From the NCBI GenBank assembly GCA_001179505.1, contig CDMY01000214.1, forward strand, positions 1-64,000: a DNA stretch of 64,000 nt, read 5' to 3'. This document shows positions 11,312 to 22,914 of the stretch, one piece after another (position 1 is the first letter of the stretch; every line of letters starts with the position of its first letter). The notes beneath the pieces were generated by a model. It was not told where the DNA came from. It saw only the letters and a list, made by a program, of their open reading frames with translations, and made no database searches. Made by a program: the position numbers and the translations under genes. Source of the DNA: Vitrella brassicaformis CCMP3155 (lineage: Eukaryota; Protista; Chromerida).

Positions 11312-14300
11312 ATGGCGACAGCCCAGTTGGCCGCCGGCTTCACGGAGATTCTGGGCGCCGACGAGAAGGAGGAGGAGAAGCCCCACGAGCCGCCAGCTAT
11401 TTTCATCACGGATGGCCATTACCGGACGTCGTCAGCAGCACAATCCCTGGCGTTTGCGAGAAGGCATGTCAGCGTCCACTCGGAGAATCCTGCTGAGGTC
11501 GAGGAGGATCTGGAACCCCCCATGGAGATCGATGTCCTTTCGCCCCCGTCGAGTCGCTCACCGCCGTCTCAGCAGCGGCAAGACGTCCTTGGCAATGGTG
11601 ACGGCAGAATCAAGGTATGCAGACCATGGAAGAGACGCCGATCAGGACGTATGTGTTATGTTCCCTCTGTGCACGCAGCTGAAGCTCTTGAAGTCGCCTG
11701 TGTTGGTTGGGAGGTGGGAGACACAGACAGACAGACAATCAGACAGGCAAACCACTTACATCCCACTCATTGGCCTGTGCTTCCCATAGACTTCCGGAGA
11801 GGAGATCTGTGCTCGTGAGGTGCACAATGCCAGCAGGGAAAGAGAAGGAGCGTGGCATTCCGCCCGGTCCAAGGCCCAGGGCCCTGAAGAGCAGCAAGAA
11901 GCGCAAGAACGACAGGGAAGACGTCCCTGAGCCTCCTGTCTCACCTCTTCGACGCCAGATCGCCTTCCCTCAATCGCCCTTCGAGCGCATAACTGGCTGT
12001 CCGCTGCCCCGTCGCTGTCTCCCAGGAACCACAGCCGTGCCCGACATGTATTCGCGCGGCTTCGAAGGCCGACAAGGGAAGGGGCAGGCGCGGCATGGGG
12101 CCGCAAGGCCTGAGATATACGGCAAGCCTCGGATATCGAGGAAAAGGGAGATGCAGGAGGCGATGGCCCAGACAAAGCAGCAAAGAGGGTCGCGCAGCCG
12201 GCAGGAGACACGGAAGGTCCAGAAGATCAAGGCAGGTCTGAAGATGAGGCCAATGACCGCTGAGCTGGCTCAACTGGCCGTCTCCTTCAAACTCAGCATG
12301 CCTTCTTCCCATGACTCACAGCAATCAGGAATCTGGGCGCCTGAGAAGTCCGTTGCGCTGTCAGCATCATCGCCCGTCCTTGCCTACAAATCTTACTTTG
12401 CTGACGCGGTCAACTGGACGACTATCGGCTCTGTGTTCCCTCACTCATACAGAGTAGACTGGCGGGATACACTGGCCCCGACGTCCAAGCCACGGAGGCG
12501 GCCCCAGTCAGCGCCCCCTGTGCAGTGCCTCATCAGGCGAACACACAACCTGACTGTCGAATCGACGGCTGCCAAGAGAGACATGGCAAAAGGACGGCCC
12601 TGGACGGCCACACCACTCCCTCTTCCCGGTATACCCGAGACCCCTGCTCTGGAGGACATGCCGACGAGGCCAGCGCGATCGGGCAGTTTCGGAAAATTGG
12701 CTCCGAGACTGGATACGACTGTGGAAGAGCGGGGCGACCACATGCCCTCGTCGCCCCATCTCGAGCTGAGCAGATCGTCTTTGCCGGAAGCGGAACAGCC
12801 AAGCAAGGACTTCACCACCTCGCTAGGCCGTCAGGGCATGTTGGCCTTCAGACGCCTGCTAGCATCCACGCCATCGGAGAAGAAAGCAGCCCGAAGGCGC
12901 TCGTCGGCGCCATCATGTGTCGATGCTTCCAGCAGCGCTGTCGCGTCTGCCTCTGCCGTGACCGAGCGGTCACAGGCCGGCTGTCAAGTAGGTGACAGGC
13001 CACAGTCTGGCAGTGACAGAGAGAGGAAACGGCCTCGGTCAGCGAAGGGTGGTGAGGTGCTGACGTCTCCTACCAACAGCCTTCCCAGCCGGCCGCCGTC
13101 TCGAAGACAATCGGCACCGTCAGATCCCACACGACCAGCCGCACCACCAAGACGTCCGAAGGCGATCGTCGAGCCGACGTTGGAGACGAAGGAGAGGGGT
13201 CTTGACTTGGTGCGGGTGGCTATCGAGTATGAGAGTCCTACGTATGTCTCGTCGGGCGGCTATCGTGTCTCTGCTCCGAACGTGAACACGTTCTATCCCT
13301 TGCCGTGCCGCCGCTCGAGGCCCTGGCCACCTGTCGGGACTATCAGGGGCAACGAGGAATGGCTGACGAGCACCTTGATGCCCAACGTCAGAGCGCCTGA
13401 GATGGTGTCCCCACAGCAGTTGAAGCGGTCCTATTCCGCTGTTTTGATGCATGCAAAGAGGACTGCTGGGGAAACTGAACCACATGCCGCTGCTGTCCAT
13501 GGAGAGCAACCCACTCGTCCCGCGTTGCAGATCCCCGTCACGCAGAGCGTTTGCGCTCCAGCAGAAGACGCGCTGAGTGATCGGGTCCTTCATGTCCATC
13601 GGCCAGTTGGGGAAGACGGTGCTTTGGCCTTCTCCCATGCAGAGAGCCTCGATGTTGGCTCTCGACCTCTCACGCCTTTCGGTATCTCGACGGCCGCGAA
13701 AGGGCCTGCCACCATGACAAGCAAGAAACCGCACACCGTCTGCAGTGCTGTTAAGACCGCCCCAGCTGCTGCTGGACCCAAGCCCCTGTACCGTCGCCCA
13801 GCAGCCGGGCCCTCTTCGCCCACCGGTAGATTCTCCACAAGCGGCAGCCTCCTCCGGCTGGCGGAGAGCGGTGTGGACATGTCTCGGAGAGCATCTGACT
13901 CACAGCCGACGGTCTTGGACAAGCTGCAGCCGATCGCACACACGATTGTGGAGAGGCATATACCGCAGCCAAGAGTGGAAGCGGCCATGAGTAGTGATTT
14001 GCCGACGTGGTCCGTGCATACAAGGCGAGCCACGCTGCAGGTGGTTAGCCGCCAGTATCCTCACGGTGCGCGCAAACAAACACCAAAAGAGACGTTCATT
14101 GATCATGGGATCATACTTCCTTGTGTCTCTGACCTGTCTGGCCGCATCCGCAGGTGTGAATGTATTGCCGACCTCGTTTTTCTATTCGAATTTCCGGCGG
14201 GCAAACAAGCGAGGAGACAAGCGACTGACCAGCTGACCTGCATTGTACTTTTGTGTCTGTACAGACGTGTGCGTACATGTGTGTATGCATCCATGTACGC
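11312..14300 (+). CDS. Hypothetical low-complexity S/P/R-rich, probably disordered protein
   Basis: ATG at 11312 (MATAQLAAG...), short introns near 11615-11790 with an (AGAC)n tract, then a >2 kb open exon in ORF 11707..14391. No recognisable domain; the 3' end is uncertain. Confidence 0.55.
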
Positions 14301-14351
14301 GTGCAGACTGTTGCATTCACCGACTGAGATTCACCGTCAGACTTCATCATC

Positions 14352-15331
14352 ATGTTTTCGGCCGTCTTTGTCGCAGTTGTGTTGCTCCTGAATTTCGGTG
14401 ATGAGCAGGAGTCCATTGACCTGAAATTGCAACCGTCCCGCAAGTGGGCCCCGACCAAAAGCGACATGTCGCTGCTCGAGAGAGACATCACCGGCGAGCT
14501 CGACAGGCAAATCGGCAATCTCGTGGACGTGCAGGAGGCTCGACAGGCACTCAGAGCACAGTCGGCGGAGGCGTGGGCAACGCCATCCTACGCCTCCATG
14601 ATGATGCAGCAGCAGCCTGGCTACATGGCCGGCACTACACTCTATCAGGCTGCAGTCGAGCAGTATCCAGGCAAGCAGAAGATTTTGTCTGTCTGTCTCA
14701 CTGCCTGCCTCCCTGTCTGTCTGTCTCTCTGTCTCTCTGCGTCTCTGTCAGTCGTCTATCGTTTGCCGCGTGCAGGCAAGAGGAGTAAGGGCCCATTCGG
14801 CTTCATCAACCCAATCACAAACAAGCCTGACGTATGCATGAGCTCAGAAGAGACACAAACCACGAAGGGCAGACAGACAGACAGACAGGCACAAGTGCAT
14901 TGCACACAGAGCGAGAGGCTGCATTTTTAGTTGTCAGATGGGTTTCGGCTCACTGAGCTTCCGCCAACTGCAGCCAGCGCAGCGAAACGACGCCCGATTC
15001 ATGCAGATACGACAAGTAAGTGACACACACTCGTTGACACAACCAAACGCATCTTTTGTGTCTGTGAGTCAGGCGGCTGGTGTGTTGGGGCGTCTGCTCT
15101 CTGCCGCTGCCGCAGCCTCAAACAACAAGAAGACCAAGGAGAGGGAGACAAAAATGACAACAGGTGAACGGCCACATGATAACGAATGGACGCGTTCGTC
15201 CACGGTATGTGTCTCGGTGTGCGACAGCAACTGACGCAGCGGCTGGGACAGCGATGGATGCACTCCAGGACGGGCCTGTCGACCCAACAAAGCTCGACAA
15301 GATGCTCTTCGGCCGCAATCACCAATTGTGA
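14352..15331 (+). CDS. Small hypothetical secreted protein
   Basis: MFSAVFVAVVLLLNFG hydrophobic leader. Exons are separated by repeat-rich introns (14671-14775 GC-AG; ~14831-14937; ~15016-15072). The putative last exon reads ...AMDALQDGPVDPTKLDKMLFGRNHQL* (TGA 15329-15331). Confidence 0.5.
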
Positions 15332-15780
15332 ATGAACGATGGACAATTTGACAATCATCGATGAAACATAATTGCCTGATACCAATGAGCAAATAATGTC
15401 TCATGAATCCATTCACAAGGAGGGTGGCATAACAACCCAGAGAGGACAGCACAATATGACCACACACATTCCCCATTCGTCACATGCATTCCCATCGTCG
15501 ATCTCACACGCATGCAGAAAGCTCATGAGGTGAATGAGGATTTTTGGGGATGTATGCGTGTGAGATGGATGGGAAATGCGGTGGTGGCGCCCCATTTCCT
15601 TTCGTCCCTGTAACGAGGTGAAAAGAAAGGGCCATCTACGCCCCCTAACCCTCTCACGCACGTGAAACGACCTTTTGCACACGGAAGAACCACAGCTGCC
15701 TTCATTGGTCAAACAATACAACACAACACATAACGCACCCATTGTTCGTCCATCCATCCATCCATCCATGTACACGCGCA

Positions 15781-17228
15781 TCATCTGATCAGCGGCCAGT
15801 CCTCCCCCTGTGTCAGCCGCCGCAGTCCATCATTGGACAGGCCACATGTGTTGCTCCCTCGCCGAGGTATCTGCCTGGCCCGCTCCACTCTCGTCACTTT
15901 GTAGCCAGCATCCCGCAGCAAATCTAACACGCTATCCGACTCGGCCAGGAAGTGACCCTGACAGGCAGAAGAAAGGAAAGCACACGTGTCTGTGACTCTG
16001 TGACTTGTGTGCGCCTGTTTTCTGACATACCACGCCGAAGGCAAAGACGAAGAGGGGACGGCAGGGTGAGTCGGCTTTGGTGGGGTCGTCGCTCCTGGCG
16101 TGTTGCAAGATGTGCCGCATCCGCCTTATCCAAAGCTGGTTCCTCTCCGCAAGCAATTTCTTCTTGAACAGGGTACCCACTTCTCCCTGGCTGCCCTCCA
16201 GCGCCTCCAACTCGGCGACGAGACCCTCATCGAAATAGTCTGTGTAAACTGATTCTCCGCTGGATGGCAGCCGCCGCACCAAATCGATCTCTGTCACGTC
16301 CATGCCTTCGTCCGACACCAGCTTGCCGAGGAGCTGCTCGTCGCCGCTCTTCCACGCATGGACCAGGGGCGAGTTTGGCGAGGCCATCATGGGCGGCGGC
16401 TTGTCCTCCCAGTGCTTCGTATAGACTTCGAGCATCGTCAGTGTCGCGTTCAGAAAGTGCATCTGCTCGGCAAAGGAGATGTCTGTGTCGTTGAACACCA
16501 GATCCATGACCTCCGACACCGTCTCAATCCCTCCCACACCCACACCCTCAGACTGTCTGCCGAGCGACGCCACGTACCCATCGACCGTAAGACCCCCCGA
16601 GGCCATGAGCTCTTCCGAAAAGTCTTCAAATTCCAGCAGCAATGACAGAGATGCGGTGGCAAAAAGGGGAGGCATCATCTCAACGGTCATCGCCCAATGC
16701 ACCGGCAGCGCCATCATCGAGAAGGGCGAGCTGAAACGCTGGAGATAGCCATAGAAGGCGTTGAGCTTCTCCTGCACGTCGGGGTACTCCTTCAAGTGGT
16801 GCTTGAGCGTGTTGTTGAGCGGCACCGACGGCAGCTCCTTGTTTGTCACGTTGACCTCCAGTAGAAAGGCATCAGGGTGAGCCCTCTGGACTAATGTGGA
16901 CACGAGAGAAAGGGACGGGCCCTCCAGCAGCCGATAAGGGAGATGGATAGTGCCCACCAGGTAAGCAGCAACCTCACCCCGTTGAGTGTCTTCCACCTGC
17001 ACTCATCCATCCATCCCACAGGCAGCAGCATCCATGTAGTGTCATCGAGCGTCTGCAACCCACCCAACTCACCTTCCATATGAATGGCTTTGCATCGCCC
17101 TGCAAGCGGCGCTGACCTGAGGGCCTTCTCAGCAAGCCGTCAGCAGTTGCGAGGACAGAGCAGAGCGAGCAGAGGACGATGGCCACTATGCAGCGCCGCA
17201 CAGTCTGCGTCACGAATCCCGTCACCAT
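15781..17228 (-). CDS. TraB/GumN/Tiki-family protein with signal peptide
   Basis: Spliced translation: signal peptide CIVAIVLCSLCSVLATA, then KPFIWK|V, YLVGTIH, AFLLEV, GIETVSEV, LLAERNQLW, LFVFAFG and GHFLAESDSVLDLLRDAGYKVTRV. These are all diagnostic TraB-family motifs. Confidence 0.85.
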
Positions 17229-17388
17229 CTTGAGCAAAGATCTTCTAAGGAAACCAGGTAGAGCCAACACATGACCATGTGAGGGGATGAGTGGATCAGT
17301 CTGAGTCAAATGCGCCATGCCTGGACAGATTCGAAGACACGTTCAGTGCTGTGTGAGGCCGCGGGATGAGTAGATCGCGAGCTCACAC

Positions 17389-17398
17389 GCGAGCTCGC
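17389..17398. promoter_or_regulatory. Palindrome GCGAGCTCGC upstream of the TraB gene
   Basis: About 160 bp upstream of ATG 17228 (-), with a second near-copy GCGAGCTCAC at 17377. Confidence 0.4.
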
Positions 17399-17716
17399 AC
17401 GAGAAACACGCGGATCGCAAGGCAGTGCCACGTGGACGACAATCGTCGATGCCGGTGAGTGAGTCAGTAAACACGTTCTCACGAGAAACAGACTCGAGAA
17501 TGGCCAGGAAGTGATTGAATGACTGGGTAGATCAGAGTGTTTGATGATAAATGTGTTTTGTGCACGCAGCTGTGTGCTTTGGCCAGTGTCATTCACACAC
17601 ACAGACGTAAAGAGACAGACAGTGAGTCTCTGATTTGTCCCTCACTCTTAACTAATGTACACAAGCAGTCCGCACAACATGGGCAGAGCCGTCTGTCTTG
17701 CAGCTGGTGTGTTTAT

Positions 17717-19870
17717 CTACTCCCCGCCCGAGTTCGAGTCGCTGGAAGATGATGACGAAAAGTCATCCTGGCTGAAGCCATAGTGCTGCCACACCGCCCG
17801 ACGCACACACGCCGGTAACTGACGGGCGGCGCGGACGGCCTCATCTGTTCACGATACGCACACAGACAGACAGGCTCACGTGTTTGTGTGCTGCTTGGAT
17901 GTGACCTGGGTGTGTCTCCACTGCCTGGCGGCACCATTTACAGGTTGCTCGGATCGCCTCACCCTGGTCCATCCGCCACATGCACAACAGAACAGAATCA
18001 TGACAGCTACTCCATCGATGCAGCCGCTCGGCGTACCACTGGTGTGAGCGTAAAGCCCGTGTCAAGCGCCTTCATGGCTGCCGTCACCTTGGACACATCG
18101 AGGGGCTGCAACCGCTCGACAGACGGCAGCAGACAGGTGTAGCCGGTGTCATTCTCATTGTCGATGACTCGGAATCGGGGCGATGTGTCTTTGTCCGTGC
18201 AGCCGGCCTGGAACCGAACAATGAAGACACACACAGCTTGATGCATCATATGTGTGGGCGGGCGGCATTTCGCCTGCTCACCACTTGCGTGAGGAATTCT
18301 CTGATGTCCATTGCCTCTTCGCAGGCCTAATGAATGGGACACGAACACATACAGAAAGGCACACAGCCGGCCATGTGTCAGTGCATCAATACGACTGACC
18401 ACATTGTACGTCTCTAAGGCCGCTTGGCCCGATGGCGGCTGCATCAATCGAGGCCGCTTCGCTGCGGGCTGGGAGGGCTCATGCGAGGGCCGGATTGCAT
18501 CATTGATGAGCGCCACGATCACGCGGACCACATCATGGCTGCAACAGAGAGCGGCATGAGCACAATGAGTACGTCTGAACATTGTGTGGCACACACCTGT
18601 ATGTAATGGACAGCCTCTGCTGCTTGTAGTGCTCGGGCTGATACATAGATGCCACACATCGATGAGTGTAGCCACAGGGGGACCGGTCGGTCAGACGTTC
18701 TCTATCCCTCCTTGCCTCTCGTGCACAGACAGCATCACCAGACCAGGTCTATCGGCTCAGTGTGGCTGCACCGCACCCAGAACCAATAGGCCCAGAAGCG
18801 ATATGTGTTGTCATATGGACCTGCACACAGCAGACGGCAACATACACACGTGCATTGTGCGCGTGTATATGTGTACGTTGTCTTGAAACTTGCATACCGA
18901 TGACGTCAGAGAGTCTCAGTGCAACTATTCGTGGCGGCGAATGTGGGCTCCCGTCTGCTCGCCCGCCACGCCCATCGCACAGCCATCTCGACAGCCACTC
19001 CTCGCACGCCAGTTTCCTCTGATGAACACACGGAAAATCTCTGCGTGGACGCGTGGATCGCTGGGTTTGTATATTGGTTGCCTCACATGTCCATATCTGT
19101 CCTTTCTGTTTAGTCGGGCCGCCTCCACCTCATCGACTGGCCGGACAGCATCATCCTCACACACATGAGACCGACCAGACCACCTGCACAGCCACATCCA
19201 TGCCTTGGCGCATTACAACCGACGCAAACGCATGTGGTGAGAGGTGGGGAGGTGTGTCTTGACTGACCGCTGTGTATCACACACCTCATACACAGAGTCG
19301 CTGGAGATGAACACATACAGCTGGAAGGATCCCTCCAGCGCCCGCAGGGAACAGTCGATGTCAAGCGGACTGAAAGCGGAGAAGTCTACTACTGAATGAC
19401 ACCAGCCAGCAACAGCAGCAACACGTCTACGGCTGTGCATGTGTGTAGTGTTGATATGAACCCACCGGCAGTCCACTTCCATTTTGCTCCGTTTGTCTGT
19501 CGCTTCTTTGCAGTGAGGTCGATGAGGCTCTGACGGAACTCATCCCGCCTGCAGCGGTCGGCCTTTACACGCGGCACACAGCCTCCAAAGGGATCTGCAC
19601 ACAACACACGAACAGACCGTCAAGCGTCAATTCCTCATTCCTTTCATCTGATTCATCCATGCCGCCCGCACCGTCAGTGCCGAAGTACTTATTGCCTCTG
19701 TTGACCATCACAATGTCATGCGCGTCATCCCTCTGCACCAAACACTCTGCACACAAACAACACAGAAGGAATCAATCAAACAGGCGGATCTTGGCTGTTT
19801 GAGTCACATCACCACCTAGGAGGCCTCTTCCGACGAAGCTCGTGCCGCCGAGGACCAGCACCGACGCCAT
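17717..19870 (-). CDS. Atypical SDR / NAD(P)-dependent epimerase-dehydratase family protein (SDR_a1-like)
   Basis: Not visible in the ORF track; reconstructed by splicing. MASVLVLGGTSFVG (dinucleotide-binding), VMVNRGN, KADR, VVDFSAF, YVFISSDSVYE, a YGHRK (YxxxK) motif formed across an intron, LRLSDVIGPYDNTYRFW, LSITYSHDVVRV, ETYNV and LLPSV..PLDVSK. Stop TAG at 17717-17719. Confidence 0.8.
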
Positions 19871-20001
19871 CGAATCACACACCGGACTCCCGCCGGATGG
19901 AGCTCGCATTTCACGAGCCGATGGCGTTGCTATATATGATGGTGCCTGCCCATCATCTGGCTATCGTCGATGTCGTAGACGAATCTTCTGCTTTGCTTCA
20001 C

Positions 20002-20693
20002 GACAATTGATTCACAGTGAGTGACAGCGTCTGGGAGGCGATGGCTCATCCTGCACCTTTTGTGTCCACGTGGTGTCCGTGTTGGCTTTGACTGATGCAG
20101 ATCGATAGCCGCCTGAGCGCTCATGTCCACGGACGCCAACGCCGAGGCGCTTTCCCCCGACAGCCCGACGGCAGACAGCAACAGCCCCGACAATAGAGGA
20201 GATGCCAGCCAGCAGGAGCAACCACAGCAGCGGCATGTGTGTTTGAGTGCCAACCCGGTAGAGGAGGGATTTGGTGCAGCTGGACGGTCCGGCGATGAGT
20301 CGAACGGGAGCGGCCCTGATGACCGCACAGAGAGTGCGTCGTCTGCCCCGCTACCGGCATCTCCCCACGCAGAGCGCACCGCTACGACTGACAGCAACAA
20401 AGCTACCTCTCGGCAGCTCGCGTCCGCACCCCCCATCGCAATCCAGCGTCCGCCGACCCCGACTGAGGCCATCGACATACACCAGAGTCAGCAGCAGCCG
20501 AAGCCAGCCGGCCAGCGGGATCAGTCCACGCTCATTCCCATCCCGTCACCAGCAGCCGACACATCAGTTATGGGCAGCGTCCCCATGCAGCAGCAGGGAG
20601 GGGGCTCGGCACTGATAAGAGGTGCGGGGCACGGCAGTGGGTCCGGAGAGGAAAACACCACTGTGGACGCCACATCGGTTCGGACAGACATGC

Positions 20694-20724
<31 letters not shown>

Positions 20725-22883
20725 CGATGGAGGTGCATGCCCACATGTGTGCATATGTGTGAGATGTGTGGCTGTGATTGTCGGGACGGCAGCCGTCAGC
20801 ACTCCACTGCTTTCGACATCTTCCGATGCACCCAGCAGCAGCAGGCCGTCGTCGACCCCACCAGCTCCATGATCGACCCATCGCCAGTCGCCGCAGCAGC
20901 TGCATCAGGGGATCAGCAAACAGCGGGTCCCTCTCGCCCGTCCCCTCCCTCCACCCCCTCCCCCATCACACTCGACCAGCAACACACGGCCAACACGCGG
21001 AAGGGCCAAACGTCGGCCTCTGATGCTGTTGCCATTATGTCCCTCGCTGCTGATGCTCTGCTGGCTGGTGACATCGGCCCCTTCGTTGAGCAAGTGGAAG
21101 AGCTCAATGAGACGCCGCTCTTGCCGGATGATGGCCCAGTTGTCGAGGGACTCGTACGGTATTTGGCCAAGAAGGACAGAGCGCATCGACAGCAGGGTCG
21201 GGGAGGCCTCGCCGGCTGTATTGCTGCAATTTTCAATGACAGCAGCAACCCATCACATCAGGCTGCGGCGACGTACTTCCTCAATCGGCTTTGTCAAGCT
21301 GGGTATCCGTTTGGCGTGGAGTGGCTGCTGCTGTTTGGTGTCTTGGTGGAGGAAACGGTGAAGAGGCTGACACTATCGGTCCAAGAATTCATGACAGCTG
21401 CCTCCGTGTTTCTCAGCGGGAGCATTCCAGGTGATCATGCGGTGAATCGGAAAGGTGGCTGTCATGTCTCCACATATCTGTGTGCCTTTGGTGCATCGCT
21501 CAGTGACGGCTGAGGCGCTGGGGGCGTTTCAGCAGCACATGTGCTGCCACATCGACACTCTCGTCGAAACACTGGCCACCAGCAGTCTGGGGATCGTGTG
21601 GAGGGCTTACGAGCTGATAGGCATCATCTTCTTACACACCCGCCGCGGCTTCCCCTCTGAGCTAGGTGTGGGACACCTGGATGCCGAGAGAGCTCGTTGG
21701 TTCTCAAATTAGTACTGCGTGTGTGGGTGTGTGGATGCAGGTGTGTTGGCGTCCATGTGCCGTAGTGTGTCAGCGAGCCCCGCTGCTCTGGGCAAGATGG
21801 CCGCAGTGCGGAAGGACCACGCCGCCTGTGAGTGGCCGGACTGGATGGTCGTGCTCTGTCTAAACGTGCCAGCGGCAATGGCTGGTGAGTAATGGTGCGT
21901 GGTCCATGCCACTTATTGATGTCTTGTGTGCGTACGTGGGCGCTCAGAATGTGGCTACTGCGAGCGTGTTGCGCAGGCGGGCTTCCTCTCGGCGGCTATG
22001 ACCATCCTGCAGAGCAACAGACTGACCAAGGATGGCCGCCACGGACGAGCTGTCGTGACGGCTTCGGTTCATCTGCTCAATCTCATAGTTGCTCGTAACT
22101 CGGTCAGTCAGAGTGGATGCGACGCGCGTGTATGAGCACTCGGCACTCCTGTTTTCACTTAACTTCAGTATGCTTCGTGCGAGGGCCTGTCCCACACACG
22201 CATCTGCTACCTGTGTGTCAGCAGCCAGCCAAGTGACACACACATCCCTTGAGTCCTTACTCTCTGTCTGTCATTCAGATCTCTTTGCCCGAGTGGCGTT
22301 GTCGATGAGTTTGTCGGCGCGGCACACCCCCAGCAGCCGCACCGCCCGCAGGTGTCCGAGGTTATGTGCTCTCTGCTGTCGACGGTTGCGACGAGTGACG
22401 CTGCATACGTCGCATCCATCACTTGCGGGGGCCCCATCGGCATGGCAATTGGCGTCCTGGACAGCCTCGCCAGGTGCGTCTGTCCTTCATGTCTTGAGTG
22501 CACCGAGTGAATTGTCTTCATATGTGCAGATTCTGTGATCGGCAGCTGATGAGCGGCAAGGCCAAAGACAACCCGATTGTCGAACGTGTTCTGCAGGTCA
22601 GTGAGGGCAAAGGATGACCGAATCGGCGGTCACCTGTGTGTGTCTGTTGCTGTGTGTTACGCCCCCCTTCATGTGCAGGTGGACCTCTCTGCCCTGTCCG
22701 GGCCCCCCACGGCGGGGTCACAAAACAGCCTCATACAGGAGGTGAATGAAGTGCCAACAACACGCAGGCCCACAGGTATGTGCACCTGTGCACCTATGGC
22801 TGCAGATTTTGGATCTCTTAGCCAAGTTTCGCCGCCGCAAGGTCTGAGGGTACCCCACGTAGACCGATCGATCGCTGCTCGCC

Positions 22884-22914
<31 letters not shown>

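Noticed and set aside
14040-14391. 3' end of ORF 11707..14391 as real coding sequence
   Set aside because: It reads through intron-like GT-rich sequence and overlaps the ATG of the next gene (14352); the true terminal exon is probably different.
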